From Blastocatellia bacterium (lineage in GTDB: Bacteria > Acidobacteriota > Blastocatellia > UBA7656): DNA of 64,000 nucleotides. The translations under genes were made by a program, and so were the position numbers. This document shows, in pieces, positions 21,041 through 31,306 of this stretch (position 1 is the stretch's first letter; every line of letters starts with the position of its first letter). The notes beneath the pieces were generated by a model that saw nothing but the letters and a program-made list of their open reading frames with translations, was not told where the DNA came from and ran no database searches. The stretch is from assembly GCA_036277095.1 (NCBI GenBank), contig DASUNP010000067.1:67551-131550 (forward strand), in the 5' to 3' direction.

Positions 21041-22186
21041 TCATGCGGCAGCCTCGCGCCCCGCAATATCAGCGAAGAGGTCATAAAGACATCGCAACTG
21101 CGTGAGGGGATCGCAAAGCTCGCGGGCGCGCTTCGGGCCCGCCTCCCCAAGCTCGACTCGAAGCGAGCGTTCTTCTATGAGCCGTCGCAAAGATTCGCTC
21201 AACGCCTCGGGGTCGTCGGGCGGGACGAGGATGCCTGAATCGTCGTCTATTATCTCTCTTGCGCCGCCCATCGAAGTCGTAACAACAGAGAGGCCGTTGG
21301 CGAGCGCTTCTATAAAGGCTATCCCGAATGGCTCAGGGCCCGTGTTGGGCTGGCAATAAATATCTGCCGCAGCCATAAGCCTTGCCACGTCCTTGCGCTG
21401 ACCGAGAAAGCGGACGCGGTCGGCAATGCCTGTTTGAGCAGCAAGCTTTTTCAACTCTTCAAGGTATCGAATCTCGTGCGGCCGCTGACCGCCGCCCGCC
21501 TGCCAGCAGACCCAACCAGGAATATCTTTTAACAGGCTGAGGGCTCGCAAATGTAACGCCTGCCCTTTCCACTCTTCCAAGCGGCTCGCCTGTAAAATAA
21601 CTGTCGCATCCGGCGGCGTATTCAGATCAAGCCTGAGCGCGCGCTTTTCGCCTTCCGATAAACTCGCCGCAGGCGCGGCCACAGGGCAGTGCAAAAGAGT
21701 TGATCGCACATGCGGGTACAACCGAGGCAGCGTAGCCGCTGTGTACAGGCTGTTAGCTATAACCACGTCAGGCGGCGTCTTGCTTGCCCATCGCTCCAAC
21801 CAGTGACGCCCGTCGACTGCATCGTGAAGCCAGAAGACGAGCGGCAGACGCGCCGCCCTGATAACAGGGCCGAAGATCGCCTGAGACCAGCACGAATGAC
21901 AGACGGCCAGATCGAAGCGGTCGCCATCAATCAATCGCTTTAATCTGCGTCGCGCCTGCCAAATGCTTGCGGGACGACTGACGCGAGCATTGCCAATCAT
22001 GTGAACCGATGCGCCCGAAGCCTTCAGCTCATCACTCAATCTCCCCTCGAAGCAGAGCGCGAAGTGTGGCTCCATCGCGGGGCAGAGGGCGCGACAGCTT
22101 GCCAGCGTCGCCAACATGCTCTCTACGCCGCCGTAAAGGTTTCCGCTGTAAACGTGAAGGACGCGCATAGATTCCCGCCAGCTCAA
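21041..22186 (-). CDS. GT4 family glycosyltransferase
   Basis: 381 aa; PEPFGIAFIEALANGLSVVTTSMGGAREII motif. Confidence 0.8.
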   Translation of the reverse strand: MSWRESMRVLHVYSGNLYGGVESMLATLASCRALCPAMEPHFALCFEGRLSDELKASGASVHMIGNARVSRPASIWQARRRLKRLIDGDRFDLAVCHSCWSQAIFGPVIRAARLPLVFWLHDAVDGRHWLERWASKTPPDVVIANSLYTAATLPRLYPHVRSTLLHCPVAAPAASLSEGEKRALRLDLNTPPDATVILQASRLEEWKGQALHLRALSLLKDIPGWVCWQAGGGQRPHEIRYLEELKKLAAQTGIADRVRFLGQRKDVARLMAAADIYCQPNTGPEPFGIAFIEALANGLSVVTTSMGGAREIIDDDSGILVPPDDPEALSESLRRLIEERSLRVELGEAGPKRARELCDPLTQLRCLYDLFADIAGREAAA

Positions 22187-23409
22187 TTGTTTAAAGAAGC
22201 CGCTTCGCAGTAGATGGGGATGAGGTCGGTTGCCAGCCTCGCGCGGTTGAAATGCTGCTCGGTCCAGGTCCTCCCCGCTCGCGCGAGGCTCTTTCTCAGA
22301 TCGATGTCTTCAGCCAGTTGCTTTATCCGGTCGGCCAACTCTTCCGCATCGCCGGGATGATGTCCCAGCGCATTCGTTCCCTCATCTATTATCTCTGCGG
22401 CCCCTCCGGCCCGGCTGACAATAACCGCTCGACCACAGGCCATGGCCTCGACGATGACCAGGCCGAATGGCTCGGGCTCCGTGCTGGTGTGAACAACGAT
22501 ATCGAGGGAGCGTATGGCGGAGGCCGTATCGTCGACGAAGCCTGTAAACCCCACCTTGTGCGATACACCCATTTGAGAAGACATTTTGCGAAGCTCTTCG
22601 AGGCTGTATTGACTCCCGGCAGTCTTGTATAACGCCGCGCCTATAACATAGCCGCGAAACTGCACAGAGGGTGGGAGCAGCGATAAAGCCTTAAAGAAGA
22701 CCGCGTGCCCTTTCCATCTCCCGAAGGTTGCTAACAGCCCCACTCTCAGCGTGCCGGGCGGAGCTTGCGGAAGGCTCGCGAGCATGTCCAGATTCGACTT
22801 TGACCCTGTCGGCGAGAACCGATCAAGATCGACAGCATTGTAAACGGGATGCACCTTCATGCCGCCATTGCATACCGCCCGCAGATCATCGGCCACGCTA
22901 TTGGAATTCGCTATGGCAGCCGAGCATCGAGATCGATACCTGCGCAGCAATCGGGTCATCACCGGGCGAGCGCTCACATAATCGTGAATGTGCCAGACAA
23001 GCGAGGCTTCGCGCGGACGCGACCACGCGCCCAGGATATGCATCTTGAATCCGTTTGTGTGCAAGACATCAGGATCAAGCTTGCGCAATTCACGTCGCAG
23101 CCGCGTTACATATTTAACGACCGAAAGACCGGCGGGCGCGCTTTTAACAAGCATGCTGAAAGCACCCGATTGATTTTGCCCAGGGCTGCCGGCTCCTGCA
23201 TCACCCAGGCGGGACAATGGCTGTGGGAACGGTAAAACCGTCGCCGCTATATTCAGCGACTTCACTTTTGAAAGAAGCGGTCCGTCTTCGCCGACCACAA
23301 GGCTCAGCTTCCAGTCCGGCCTGGCTGCGCTCAGGCTCGCCAGAATATCGATGAGGCTTTTCTCGGCCCCACCCAGTTGCCCCGACGGGCTAAGGTAGAC
23401 GATCTTCAT
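22183..23409 (-). CDS. GT4 family glycosyltransferase (start trimmed to [17 protein letters not shown]; the ORF track extends to 23787)
   Basis: [31 protein letters not shown] motif. The first 126 aa of the track ORF are Arg-rich nonsense that overlaps fcl. The ATG at 23409 overlaps the fcl stop as ATGA. Confidence 0.8.
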   Translation of the reverse strand: MKIVYLSPSGQLGGAEKSLIDILASLSAARPDWKLSLVVGEDGPLLSKVKSLNIAATVLPFPQPLSRLGDAGAGSPGQNQSGAFSMLVKSAPAGLSVVKYVTRLRRELRKLDPDVLHTNGFKMHILGAWSRPREASLVWHIHDYVSARPVMTRLLRRYRSRCSAAIANSNSVADDLRAVCNGGMKVHPVYNAVDLDRFSPTGSKSNLDMLASLPQAPPGTLRVGLLATFGRWKGHAVFFKALSLLPPSVQFRGYVIGAALYKTAGSQYSLEELRKMSSQMGVSHKVGFTGFVDDTASAIRSLDIVVHTSTEPEPFGLVIVEAMACGRAVIVSRAGGAAEIIDEGTNALGHHPGDAEELADRIKQLAEDIDLRKSLARAGRTWTEQHFNRARLATDLIPIYCEAASLNN

Positions 23410-24359
23410 GGACGCTCGGAAGAGATAAGGGCTTGATAATACTCTATTGTTTGCCTGATGCCTTCTTCCAGGCTGATGCGCGCGCGAAAGCCAAACTCTT
23501 TTTCTGCGCGCGACGTATCCAAGCACCGGCGCGGTTGTCCATCGGGCTTGGCGTGATCCCACACCACTTCGCCCTCGTACTTTGTCAGCCGCACGATCAT
23601 CGATACAAGCTCTCTTATCGAAATCTCCTGACCCGTGCCCAGGTTGATCGGGTCGGGCTTGTCGTATCGCTCTGCGGCCATCAGAATTCCTTCGGCGCAG
23701 TCTTCGGCATGGAGAAACTCCCTGGTCTGAGCGCCGGTCCCCCAAACAACGATCTGCTGCTCGCCTTGCCTTTTGGCATCGATACATTTTTTGATCAGCG
23801 CCGCGACGACGTGTGAAGTCTGAGGGTTAAAATTGTCTCGCGGCCCATACAGATTTACAGGCAACAGGTATATCGAGTTAAACCCGTATTGCTCGCGGTA
23901 GGCGCGCGCCTGGACCAGGAGCATTTTTTTTGCCAGCCCGTAAGGCGCGTTCGTCTCTTCGGGGTAGCCGTTCCACAGGTCGTCTTCACTAAACGGGATG
24001 GGTGCGTACTTAGGGTAGGCGCAAATGGTCCCGAGAGCGACGAACTTTTCAACCTTTCGCTCCTTTGCCTCGTCCATCAACTGAACGCCCATCATCAAAT
24101 TGTCATAAAAGAATTTTCCGGGGTTTTGAAGGTTCGCCCCGATGCCGCCGACTGTCGCTGCCAGGTGTATGACAACATCCGGGCGCGCGTCGTCATACAT
24201 GCGGCAGATGCTTGCGCGGTCGCGCAAGTCGTAGTCCTGCGACCTCGCAACGAAGGGGTTTGAGCCGCCCATCTGCTTTAGCTTGTCGACCACGTATGAG
24301 CCGAGAAACCCGGCCCCTCCCGTGACGCAAACTCTCTTCGTGACCAGATAGTCAAACAT
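23406..24359 (-). CDS. fcl: GDP-L-fucose synthase (GDP-4-keto-6-deoxy-D-mannose 3,5-epimerase/4-reductase)
   Basis: 317 aa; [13 protein letters not shown] Rossmann motif and SDR-type YxxxK; sits next to gmd. Confidence 0.85.
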   Translation of the reverse strand: MFDYLVTKRVCVTGGAGFLGSYVVDKLKQMGGSNPFVARSQDYDLRDRASICRMYDDARPDVVIHLAATVGGIGANLQNPGKFFYDNLMMGVQLMDEAKERKVEKFVALGTICAYPKYAPIPFSEDDLWNGYPEETNAPYGLAKKMLLVQARAYREQYGFNSIYLLPVNLYGPRDNFNPQTSHVVAALIKKCIDAKRQGEQQIVVWGTGAQTREFLHAEDCAEGILMAAERYDKPDPINLGTGQEISIRELVSMIVRLTKYEGEVVWDHAKPDGQPRRCLDTSRAEKEFGFRARISLEEGIRQTIEYYQALISSERP

Positions 24360-24430
24360 GGCAAGCGATACTCTGATGTCGGATTGGCGCGCTTGTTGAA
24401 CCCGTGGAAAGCGCGGGCAGGCTGAAACCG

Positions 24431-25477
24431 TTACCTGTCTGCCGACCCCCGAAAAGCCACCGTGTGGCCCGCCTCTTTGAGCGTGCGCTCTTGCCGGGCA
24501 AGCTCCAGATCGTGCTCGACCATCATCCTTACCAATTCATTGAATGAGACCTTCGGTTGCCAGCCCAGCTCTTGAAAAGCTCTGGAAGGGTCTCCCAGCA
24601 GATGGTCCACCTCGGTCGGGCGGAGGTAGCGCGGGTCGGGCAGGACATGATCCTGCCAATCGAGTTCCAGACACGCCGCAGCTTTGTCTAAAAATTCTCT
24701 CACGCTATGAGACTCTCCGGTGGCTACTACGTAATCGCCCGGCTCCGCCTGCTGAAGCATCAGCCATACGGCGTACATATAGTCTGCGGCGTAGCCCCAA
24801 TCCCTCCTGGCATCCAGGTTGCCGAGGTAGAGCTTCGTTTGCAGTCCCATCTTGATGCGTGCCAGGGCTCTGGTGATCTTTCGCGTAACAAAGGTCTCAC
24901 CCCGACGAGGCGATTCGTGATTGAAGAGAATCCCGTTGACTATATATATCCCGTAAGCCTCGCGGTAATTGACGGCCCACCAGTGGGCAGCGACCTTGCT
25001 GACGGCGTAGGGGCTTCGCGGGGAGAAAGTCGACCTCTCATTTTGCGGCGGGGGCGTGCTTCCGAACATCTCTGAAGAGCCGGCCTGGTAAAAGCGCACG
25101 TGCTTGGAGGAAATAGTTGCATAATTTCGAACCGCCTCAAGTAAACGCAGTGTGCCTGTGGCGACGACATCAGCGGTGTACTCTGGCTGATCGAACGAGA
25201 CTCTGACATGAGACTGGGCTCCGAGATTATATATCTCGTCGGGCTGTGTCTGTTCCAGGACATGCCTTATCCCCGTGCCATCCGTGAGGTCGCCGTAGTG
25301 AAGAAAGAGACGGGCCTGGCGGTCATGAGGGTCGGAATAAATATGATCGATTCGATCCGTGTTAAAGACGGAGGCCCGCCGAATGATCCCGTGGACCTCG
25401 TAGCCTTTATTAAGAAGCAATTCGGTCAGGTATGAACCATCCTGTCCGGTTATTCCTGTTATCAGAGCTTTTTTCAT
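24431..25477 (-). CDS. gmd: GDP-mannose 4,6-dehydratase
   Basis: 348 aa; [23 protein letters not shown]-terminus; second gmd copy in the window. Confidence 0.9.
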   Translation of the reverse strand: MKKALITGITGQDGSYLTELLLNKGYEVHGIIRRASVFNTDRIDHIYSDPHDRQARLFLHYGDLTDGTGIRHVLEQTQPDEIYNLGAQSHVRVSFDQPEYTADVVATGTLRLLEAVRNYATISSKHVRFYQAGSSEMFGSTPPPQNERSTFSPRSPYAVSKVAAHWWAVNYREAYGIYIVNGILFNHESPRRGETFVTRKITRALARIKMGLQTKLYLGNLDARRDWGYAADYMYAVWLMLQQAEPGDYVVATGESHSVREFLDKAAACLELDWQDHVLPDPRYLRPTEVDHLLGDPSRAFQELGWQPKVSFNELVRMMVEHDLELARQERTLKEAGHTVAFRGSADR

Positions 25478-25525
25478 GAATCTGCTTTCCGGGTAATCTG
25501 AGCGGTCTGTGATTGGTGAGGCTCC

Positions 25526-27940
25526 TTACCCATCTATGACCTCGTCGGTCGCCTGCTGGTAGTAGCGCTGATAATAATAATCGTCGTAGCCGTCTCGCTT
25601 GAGGTCGAGGTTGTTCAGCACGACGCCGAATACCTTTGCGCCGACGGTCGAGAGCTCCTGTCGCGCACGCCGCACGACGGTGCGAGTGCTTTTGCCGCCG
25701 TGGACTACGAGTATCACTCCATCGACGAGCGTAGAAAGAATGACCGGGTCGGTCACGCTGATAAGGGGTGGCGAATCTATCAGTATGTGATCGTACCGCT
25801 CGGCCAGCTCGCCGAGCAGGTTCTTCATCCTGTCAGAGCTGAGAAGCTCGGCAGGGTTGGGCGGGATGGGGCCGCACGGCAGCAGCGACAGGTTGGGTAT
25901 CTGTAGCTTGTGTATGAGCCCGTCGACGTCAATTTCGCGAGACAGGTAAGTCGACAGCCCCTGCGTATGCGTTATGCCGAACGCTTTGTGTGTCGCGGGC
26001 TTTCTCAGGTCGCAGTCGATAATGAGCACGGATGACCCGAGCTGCGCCAGCGAGATAGCAGTGTTGACGGTGGTCGTCGTTTTGCCTTCGCCCGGCTGCC
26101 CGCTCGTCACAAGTATGGTCTTCGGCGGATTGCCCGCTGCCGACAAAAGCATGGACGTGCGGACTACACGGTACGCCTCTGCGGCAGTCGAGCGGTTGTC
26201 TAAGGCCATCAAACTCGTCGAATGGTGCTGGGCATTTTCAGAGACGCGGTCCGACCCGTTGGCGCCCTTCAGCCTCTTATTCAGCTTTTGGGCTGAAAAC
26301 CTTCCGGTCGCGCCCCTTGCGATAGCGGGTATGACGCCGAGCGCGGGCAGTTGAGCGTAGCGCCCCACGTCCTCGACCGATTTGATGGTGTTGTCGAGGT
26401 AATCGAGGAACAACGCCAGGCCGATGCCTGCCGCGAGGCTCAACAAGAATCCGAAGAGTATTGTCCGAAAGCGCCCCGGCCCCACCGGCGCTTTCGGCAC
26501 CTTTGCGGGCTGTATCAACTTCAGGTTGTTATGCTGCTGCGCGACCTCTACCTTCGCCTGGCTGGTCTTTTGCAGAAAGTCCGTGTAAAGCCCTTTCGCC
26601 GTGTCGACCTCCTGCTTGAGTATGTTGTATTGAATGGCGTCCTGGTTCTGCTTTACGGCGTCGCCTTTAGCCTGACCGAGCGCGGTCTTGAGCGACTGCT
26701 CGTCACGAGAGGCCAGTTCGTACTCGCCCTTGAGTTTATCTTCGAGCGCGCGGCGCGCCGCCTCCATCTGAGCGCGCGTGGTTGCCATCTCCTGCTTCAC
26801 TTCGATGACGGCCGGGTAGTCCGGGCCGTATTTGAGGCTCAGCTTATCGAATTGCGCTTGCATCTCGTCGAGCTTGTTGCGCAGAGTGGTGATCTTCGGG
26901 TCAGCGAAGGCCGCAGGGAGTTGGGCGACGCGGCCCTGGCGCACCTCTTCGTATAGCGACTGCTTCATGATGCGGTCGGTTTCGGCGCGCGTCGCTTGAT
27001 CGTGCAGCCGCGAGAGCTTGTCTGTAGTCAGCGTCTCTTTGCCGTCCGTGGTAAAGATATTGTGCTCGCGCGTGTAGTCGGCAAGCTTCTGTTCGGCCTG
27101 CTCGACCCTCGTCTTCAGCTCTCGCGTAGTCCGGTCGAGCCAGTCAGAAGCGTTTGTGAACTTCGCCGTCTTTGTTTGAAAGCTGCTTTCGATGAATGTC
27201 TGAGCTATCCCGTTTACGACAGAGGCGGCGATGACAGGGTCCGTGTGGGTGTAGGAGACCCTGAGCACACGTGTATCTTTTATATGCTCCACCTCAAGCC
27301 CGCCGGCTATCAGGCCCACGTAGGGGGCCAGGCGCTCGCTCTCTTCGGGCGAGCGCTGCCTTCCCGTCGTGGCCCAGGCAGCCGGGGTATTGATAGTGGA
27401 GTGCGTCTGTTCATCGGGAGGCTGCGCGCTCACGCGATTGCCAATAGACTTTACCGCCTCCCATACGGACTTCTTCCCTCCGTCTACGAATTTCGGATTC
27501 TGATCCAGATTAAGGCTGGCCACCACATCTTCAAGCAGCGGCTCGCTTGTCAGCGTAATCATCTTTGTCTTTATGCTCATCTCGGGATAATAGAGGTCCG
27601 TCTCATCGCCTTGAAGGACCATCTCGCCCGTCCCGGACTTGATCATCGTGGCGTTCTCTTTGCCCAGCTCTATAAGAGCCGAGGCCGCGAAGGCGGGCTT
27701 CGAGCGATAGGCTTCGATCGTTACTATCGTGGTAACGACGAAAGCTATAGTGATGATAAGCCATTTGCGTTTATGGACAGTGCGCCAGATGTCTCGCAGG
27801 TGCAGACCCTCTTGTTCGCCGTAGCCGTAGCCGTATCCCATAGCTTCCGGATAACCCGGCATCCTCGGATAACCTGCGCGCGTAAGAGGCGCGTCGTCTA
27901 CTGGTGCAATCCGCTCAAGCTCGGCCTTCTCGTCCGCCAT
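25526..27940 (-). CDS. wzc: polysaccharide co-polymerase with a C-terminal BY tyrosine autokinase (Wzc/EpsB-like)
   Basis: 804 aa; N-terminal Wzz-type TM region; Walker A GEGKTTTTVNTAISLA; C-terminal Tyr cluster DGYDDYYYQRYYQQ. Confidence 0.85.
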   Translation of the reverse strand: MADEKAELERIAPVDDAPLTRAGYPRMPGYPEAMGYGYGYGEQEGLHLRDIWRTVHKRKWLIITIAFVVTTIVTIEAYRSKPAFAASALIELGKENATMIKSGTGEMVLQGDETDLYYPEMSIKTKMITLTSEPLLEDVVASLNLDQNPKFVDGGKKSVWEAVKSIGNRVSAQPPDEQTHSTINTPAAWATTGRQRSPEESERLAPYVGLIAGGLEVEHIKDTRVLRVSYTHTDPVIAASVVNGIAQTFIESSFQTKTAKFTNASDWLDRTTRELKTRVEQAEQKLADYTREHNIFTTDGKETLTTDKLSRLHDQATRAETDRIMKQSLYEEVRQGRVAQLPAAFADPKITTLRNKLDEMQAQFDKLSLKYGPDYPAVIEVKQEMATTRAQMEAARRALEDKLKGEYELASRDEQSLKTALGQAKGDAVKQNQDAIQYNILKQEVDTAKGLYTDFLQKTSQAKVEVAQQHNNLKLIQPAKVPKAPVGPGRFRTILFGFLLSLAAGIGLALFLDYLDNTIKSVEDVGRYAQLPALGVIPAIARGATGRFSAQKLNKRLKGANGSDRVSENAQHHSTSLMALDNRSTAAEAYRVVRTSMLLSAAGNPPKTILVTSGQPGEGKTTTTVNTAISLAQLGSSVLIIDCDLRKPATHKAFGITHTQGLSTYLSREIDVDGLIHKLQIPNLSLLPCGPIPPNPAELLSSDRMKNLLGELAERYDHILIDSPPLISVTDPVILSTLVDGVILVVHGGKSTRTVVRRARQELSTVGAKVFGVVLNNLDLKRDGYDDYYYQRYYQQATDEVIDG

Positions 27941-28657
27941 TGCTAATCCTCCTGGACATCACACGATCAACGCAAAAGCTGTTGTAGCAGCTACGGGCTG
28001 GCGCATAAACCATAAATCGCCCTTTGATAATTGCGTAATAAACGTATCGCCAATAATAACCCTAACTTCGCTTCTTTATAAATAGATTAAAGCCCCGGAC
28101 AGACTGCGCCCCCGGAGGGTTAAGCCCCGAAGGGAAGCCATAGACCATGGCGAATTACGAAAGTCAAAACCTGCTCCGAGTAAAGCTTCGTGTAAGTGGC
28201 GCGAGAAGCTTCAGCATCGGCGCGTTATCGATTTGGGGGCCCAAAGCCGCGCAAGCATCGGCGATGCGGTTAAAGGGGGAACCTGGTAAGCGCCCTCCTG
28301 CGAACCTGCAAGAGTGAGATTTGAGAGGCGTCTGGCGATCGAGACCTGAGCTTAAAGCACCATCCCCGCATATTCGTTATTCAAGCTTCGGTCTGAACCC
28401 GCGCCCGCAGAAGCGCTACAAGGCCGTCGGAAATATACTAACCGCAAACTTTGCTGTCAATATAATGTGCTGACTCGGGCAGACCTACAAACCGGCTTAA
28501 AGTAGATATACTTACAACCATCGACAATACAACGGCTACGAACATGGGGCGCTAAGATAAAGGATTGCGGCAAAAGTTTTTATTGGTATAATCCGCCAGT
28601 GCGATCAGATTGTTGACACTTCAAAGGATCGCCGGCTATTGAGAGCCGCCAGCGAAA

Positions 28658-28990
28658 GTGGTTTCGCGCATCTACGCAATCCGGGAGGGCATTAAGCAAA
28701 ACGAAATGGTCATCCCTTTTTCCACGCGGATATCTATTCCGCCGGACGTGCTTGTGTCCGCGTTAGCAGGCGAGTCTGTCTTACTGAACCTGAAGAGTGA
28801 GAAGTACTTTGGCCTGGACGAAATGGGGACGCGCATGTGGGGCGCGCTTACTTCGTCCAGATCGATTCAAGAGGCGTATGAGATTCTGCTGGCGGAATAC
28901 GATGTAGAGGCCGAGCGATTGCGCCGCGACCTGAGCGATTTAATAGAGAAGCTCGCCGAGCAGGGACTAATAGATGTTCACCATGAATAA
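28658..28990 (+). CDS. lasso peptide biosynthesis B1 protein (PqqD-family RRE)
   Basis: 110 aa; PqqD-like SVLLNLKSEKYFGLDEMGTRMWGAL ... ; first gene of a B1-B2-C series. GTG start in the track; the ATG at MVIPFST is an alternative. Confidence 0.8.
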   Translation: MVSRIYAIREGIKQNEMVIPFSTRISIPPDVLVSALAGESVLLNLKSEKYFGLDEMGTRMWGALTSSRSIQEAYEILLAEYDVEAERLRRDLSDLIEKLAEQGLIDVHHE

Positions 28991-29447
28991 ATGGCGCAAA
29001 TTCATCGGACTGTCGGCACGAGAGCGATGGCTGTTGTCGCAATCGCTCGTGCTGTTGCCGTTTGCTGCGGCGGCCTTGTCTGTGATGGGGCTCAGGAGAT
29101 ATCAGAGACTGATGGATAGATTCTCGCGCGCCATTAAGCCGGATGTCGCCGGGGACGAGCGAGAGCTTCGCGACCGAGTTCGTAAGACGGCCCGCCTGGT
29201 AGAGGCGGCGAGAAGGTACGGGCCTTACCGTGCGAAGTGCTTGCCCGAATCGCTAACCCTGTGGTGGCTTTTGCGCCGGCAAGGGATCGAAAGCCAGGTC
29301 AAATTCGGCGCGCGCAAAAATGATCGCCGGATGGAAGCACATGCCTGGGTGGAGTTCGAAGGAGTTCCGCTCAACGACACCACAGATGTCATGGAGCGTT
29401 TCAAGCCTTTCGAGCCCGCCGTCCTGCCCGAGGAGTTGAAGACATAA
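28974..29447 (+). CDS. lasso peptide biosynthesis B2 protein (transglutaminase-like leader peptidase)
   Basis: 157 aa; Cys (AKCLPESLTLWWLL), His (EAHAWVEF) and Asp (LND) of the catalytic triad; 17-bp overlap with B1. Confidence 0.85.
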   Translation: MFTMNKWRKFIGLSARERWLLSQSLVLLPFAAAALSVMGLRRYQRLMDRFSRAIKPDVAGDERELRDRVRKTARLVEAARRYGPYRAKCLPESLTLWWLLRRQGIESQVKFGARKNDRRMEAHAWVEFEGVPLNDTTDVMERFKPFEPAVLPEELKT

Positions 29448-31306
29448 TGAGCGGCATTATCGGCATCGTCAATCTGGATGGCAGACCGGTCAGCCGGGAA
29501 TTGTTACGCCGGATGACAGACTTCATGGCCTATCGCGGCCCGGACGCGCAACAGATTTGGAGCGCGGGGCACATCGGATTCGGCCACGCGATGCTGCGCA
29601 CGACCAGAGAGTCAATCAATGAGCGCCAGCCTCTGAGCCTGGATAGAGAAGTTTGGATTACTGCGGACGCGCGAATCGATGGCCGGAACGAGCTGATCGG
29701 CAAATTAGAGTCTAAAGTCGCAGCCGACCTCGCAGGTGTTACGGATGTCGAGCTAATTCTTCACGCCTACAACGCCTGGGGCGAAGGATGTCTGGAACAT
29801 CTGATAGGCGATTTCGCCTTTGCGATATGGGATGGGCGGAAGCGGCGATTGTTTTGCGCTCGCGACCATTTCGGGGTGAAGCCTTTTTACTATGCGCACG
29901 TAGATAATAGTTTGATATTCAGCAACACGCTCAATTGCGTGCGATTGCACCCTGCGGTTTCGGATGAATTAAACGAGCGAGCCATCGGCGATTTCCTGCT
30001 CTTTGGTCTTAATCAAGAATTCAATACAACGACATTTGCTGACATCAAGCGTCTGCCCCCTGCCCACTACTTGCTATTGTTGGCTGGACGAAAGCAGGCA
30101 CGTCGTTACTGGACCTTACCTACGGAGGAACAAATCCGGTACAGGCGCGATGACGAATATGTTGAGCATTTCAAATATCTATTGCGAGAAGCGGTTGGTG
30201 ATAGGCTTCGCGCTAAGAAGATCGCCGTTAGTATGAGCGGTGGGCTCGATTCCACATCAGTGGCGGCAATTGCTAAAGAAGTATCATCTGAGAAACTCGA
30301 TCTGCAAGCCTTCACTATGATTTATGACAGGTTGATACCTGATCAAGAGCGGTACTATTCAGGATTAGCAGCGGAAGGGCTTGGCATCCCGATTCACTAC
30401 CTTGTATTGGACGACTATAAGTTGTATGAGCGATGGGGTTGTCCAGAACATCGTTTTCCTGAGCCGATGCATTTCCCACTGTCAGCATTCGTTTCAGATC
30501 ATCTAATGCGAATCTCATCGCACAGCCGAATAGTTCTGAGTGGCGATGGCGGTGACCCGGCACTATATTTTTCGCAGGCGTATTTTGCTCAACAGCTAAA
30601 GAGGTTTCGATTTTGGCCTGTAGCTTCGTTTATAGCGCGATACGTGCGAACCTATCGGCGGTTTCCAAAACTCGGTTTCCGCACAACGCTGAAGCGCTGG
30701 GCAGGGACTTACTTGGAGTGGAAACATCCTTATCCAATTTGGGTCGAACAGGTTTTTGCGGACCGCTACAACCTGCAAGCGAGGCTGGAATGGGTGAGCA
30801 AAGTATCAGGACCGATTCATCCGACTCGCCCGGAAGCCTATAATTTCCTCACTATGATTGATTGGCCGAACACTTTTGAGTGCGCAGACCCGGGGGCGAC
30901 ATCTATTCCGGTCGAATATCGTTATCCATTTTTTGATCTCCGTTTAGTAAGCTACTTATTGGCAATCCCTCCCTTACCCTGGTGTGCGCACAAGGAAATA
31001 GTTCGCAGGGCGATAAAAGGGTGGTTGCCGGACCCGGTGCGGCTCCGGGCAAAAACGGCCCTGGCCGGAGATCCTTACACTGAACTTATAAAGCAACCCG
31101 ATTCAGACTGTATAGATCGGTTCTCTCCGATGGCCGAATTAACCAGATATATCGATGTAAATGCCATCCCACAGATTGCTCAAGAAAAGGATCCATATAA
31201 GTTATGGTTGAATACTCGTCCAGTTAGTTTAAACTACTGGCTTCGGGATTATAGATCAGTGGGAATTGCCGCAAACAAGGAGAGTTGCTATGAAATCGCA
31301 AGATAA
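29447..31306 (+). CDS. lasso peptide isopeptide-bond-forming cyclase (asparagine-synthetase-like, C protein)
   Basis: 619 aa; AsnB-like N-domain (MSGIIGIV...) and PP-loop SMSGGLDSTSVAAIA; TAATG overlap with B2. Confidence 0.85.
   Translation: MSGIIGIVNLDGRPVSRELLRRMTDFMAYRGPDAQQIWSAGHIGFGHAMLRTTRESINERQPLSLDREVWITADARIDGRNELIGKLESKVAADLAGVTDVELILHAYNAWGEGCLEHLIGDFAFAIWDGRKRRLFCARDHFGVKPFYYAHVDNSLIFSNTLNCVRLHPAVSDELNERAIGDFLLFGLNQEFNTTTFADIKRLPPAHYLLLLAGRKQARRYWTLPTEEQIRYRRDDEYVEHFKYLLREAVGDRLRAKKIAVSMSGGLDSTSVAAIAKEVSSEKLDLQAFTMIYDRLIPDQERYYSGLAAEGLGIPIHYLVLDDYKLYERWGCPEHRFPEPMHFPLSAFVSDHLMRISSHSRIVLSGDGGDPALYFSQAYFAQQLKRFRFWPVASFIARYVRTYRRFPKLGFRTTLKRWAGTYLEWKHPYPIWVEQVFADRYNLQARLEWVSKVSGPIHPTRPEAYNFLTMIDWPNTFECADPGATSIPVEYRYPFFDLRLVSYLLAIPPLPWCAHKEIVRRAIKGWLPDPVRLRAKTALAGDPYTELIKQPDSDCIDRFSPMAELTRYIDVNAIPQIAQEKDPYKLWLNTRPVSLNYWLRDYRSVGIAANKESCYEIAR

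Noticed and set aside
23410-23787. N-terminal 126 aa of ORF 22183-23787
   Set aside because: They are Arg-rich low-complexity sequence overlapping the fcl coding region. The GT4 homology begins at the internal MKIVYLS, whose ATG overlaps the fcl stop (ATGA).
28147-28317. 56-aa ORF (MANYESQNLL...) in the EPS/lasso intergenic region
   Set aside because: It has no RBS and no similarity to anything I recognise, including lasso leaders. It is probably chance.
28280-28330. Possible cobalamin riboswitch core (AAGGGGGAACCUGGUAAGCGCC)
   Set aside because: It lacks the GCCACUG box and the rest of the B12 aptamer. The neighbouring genes give no functional reason for it either.
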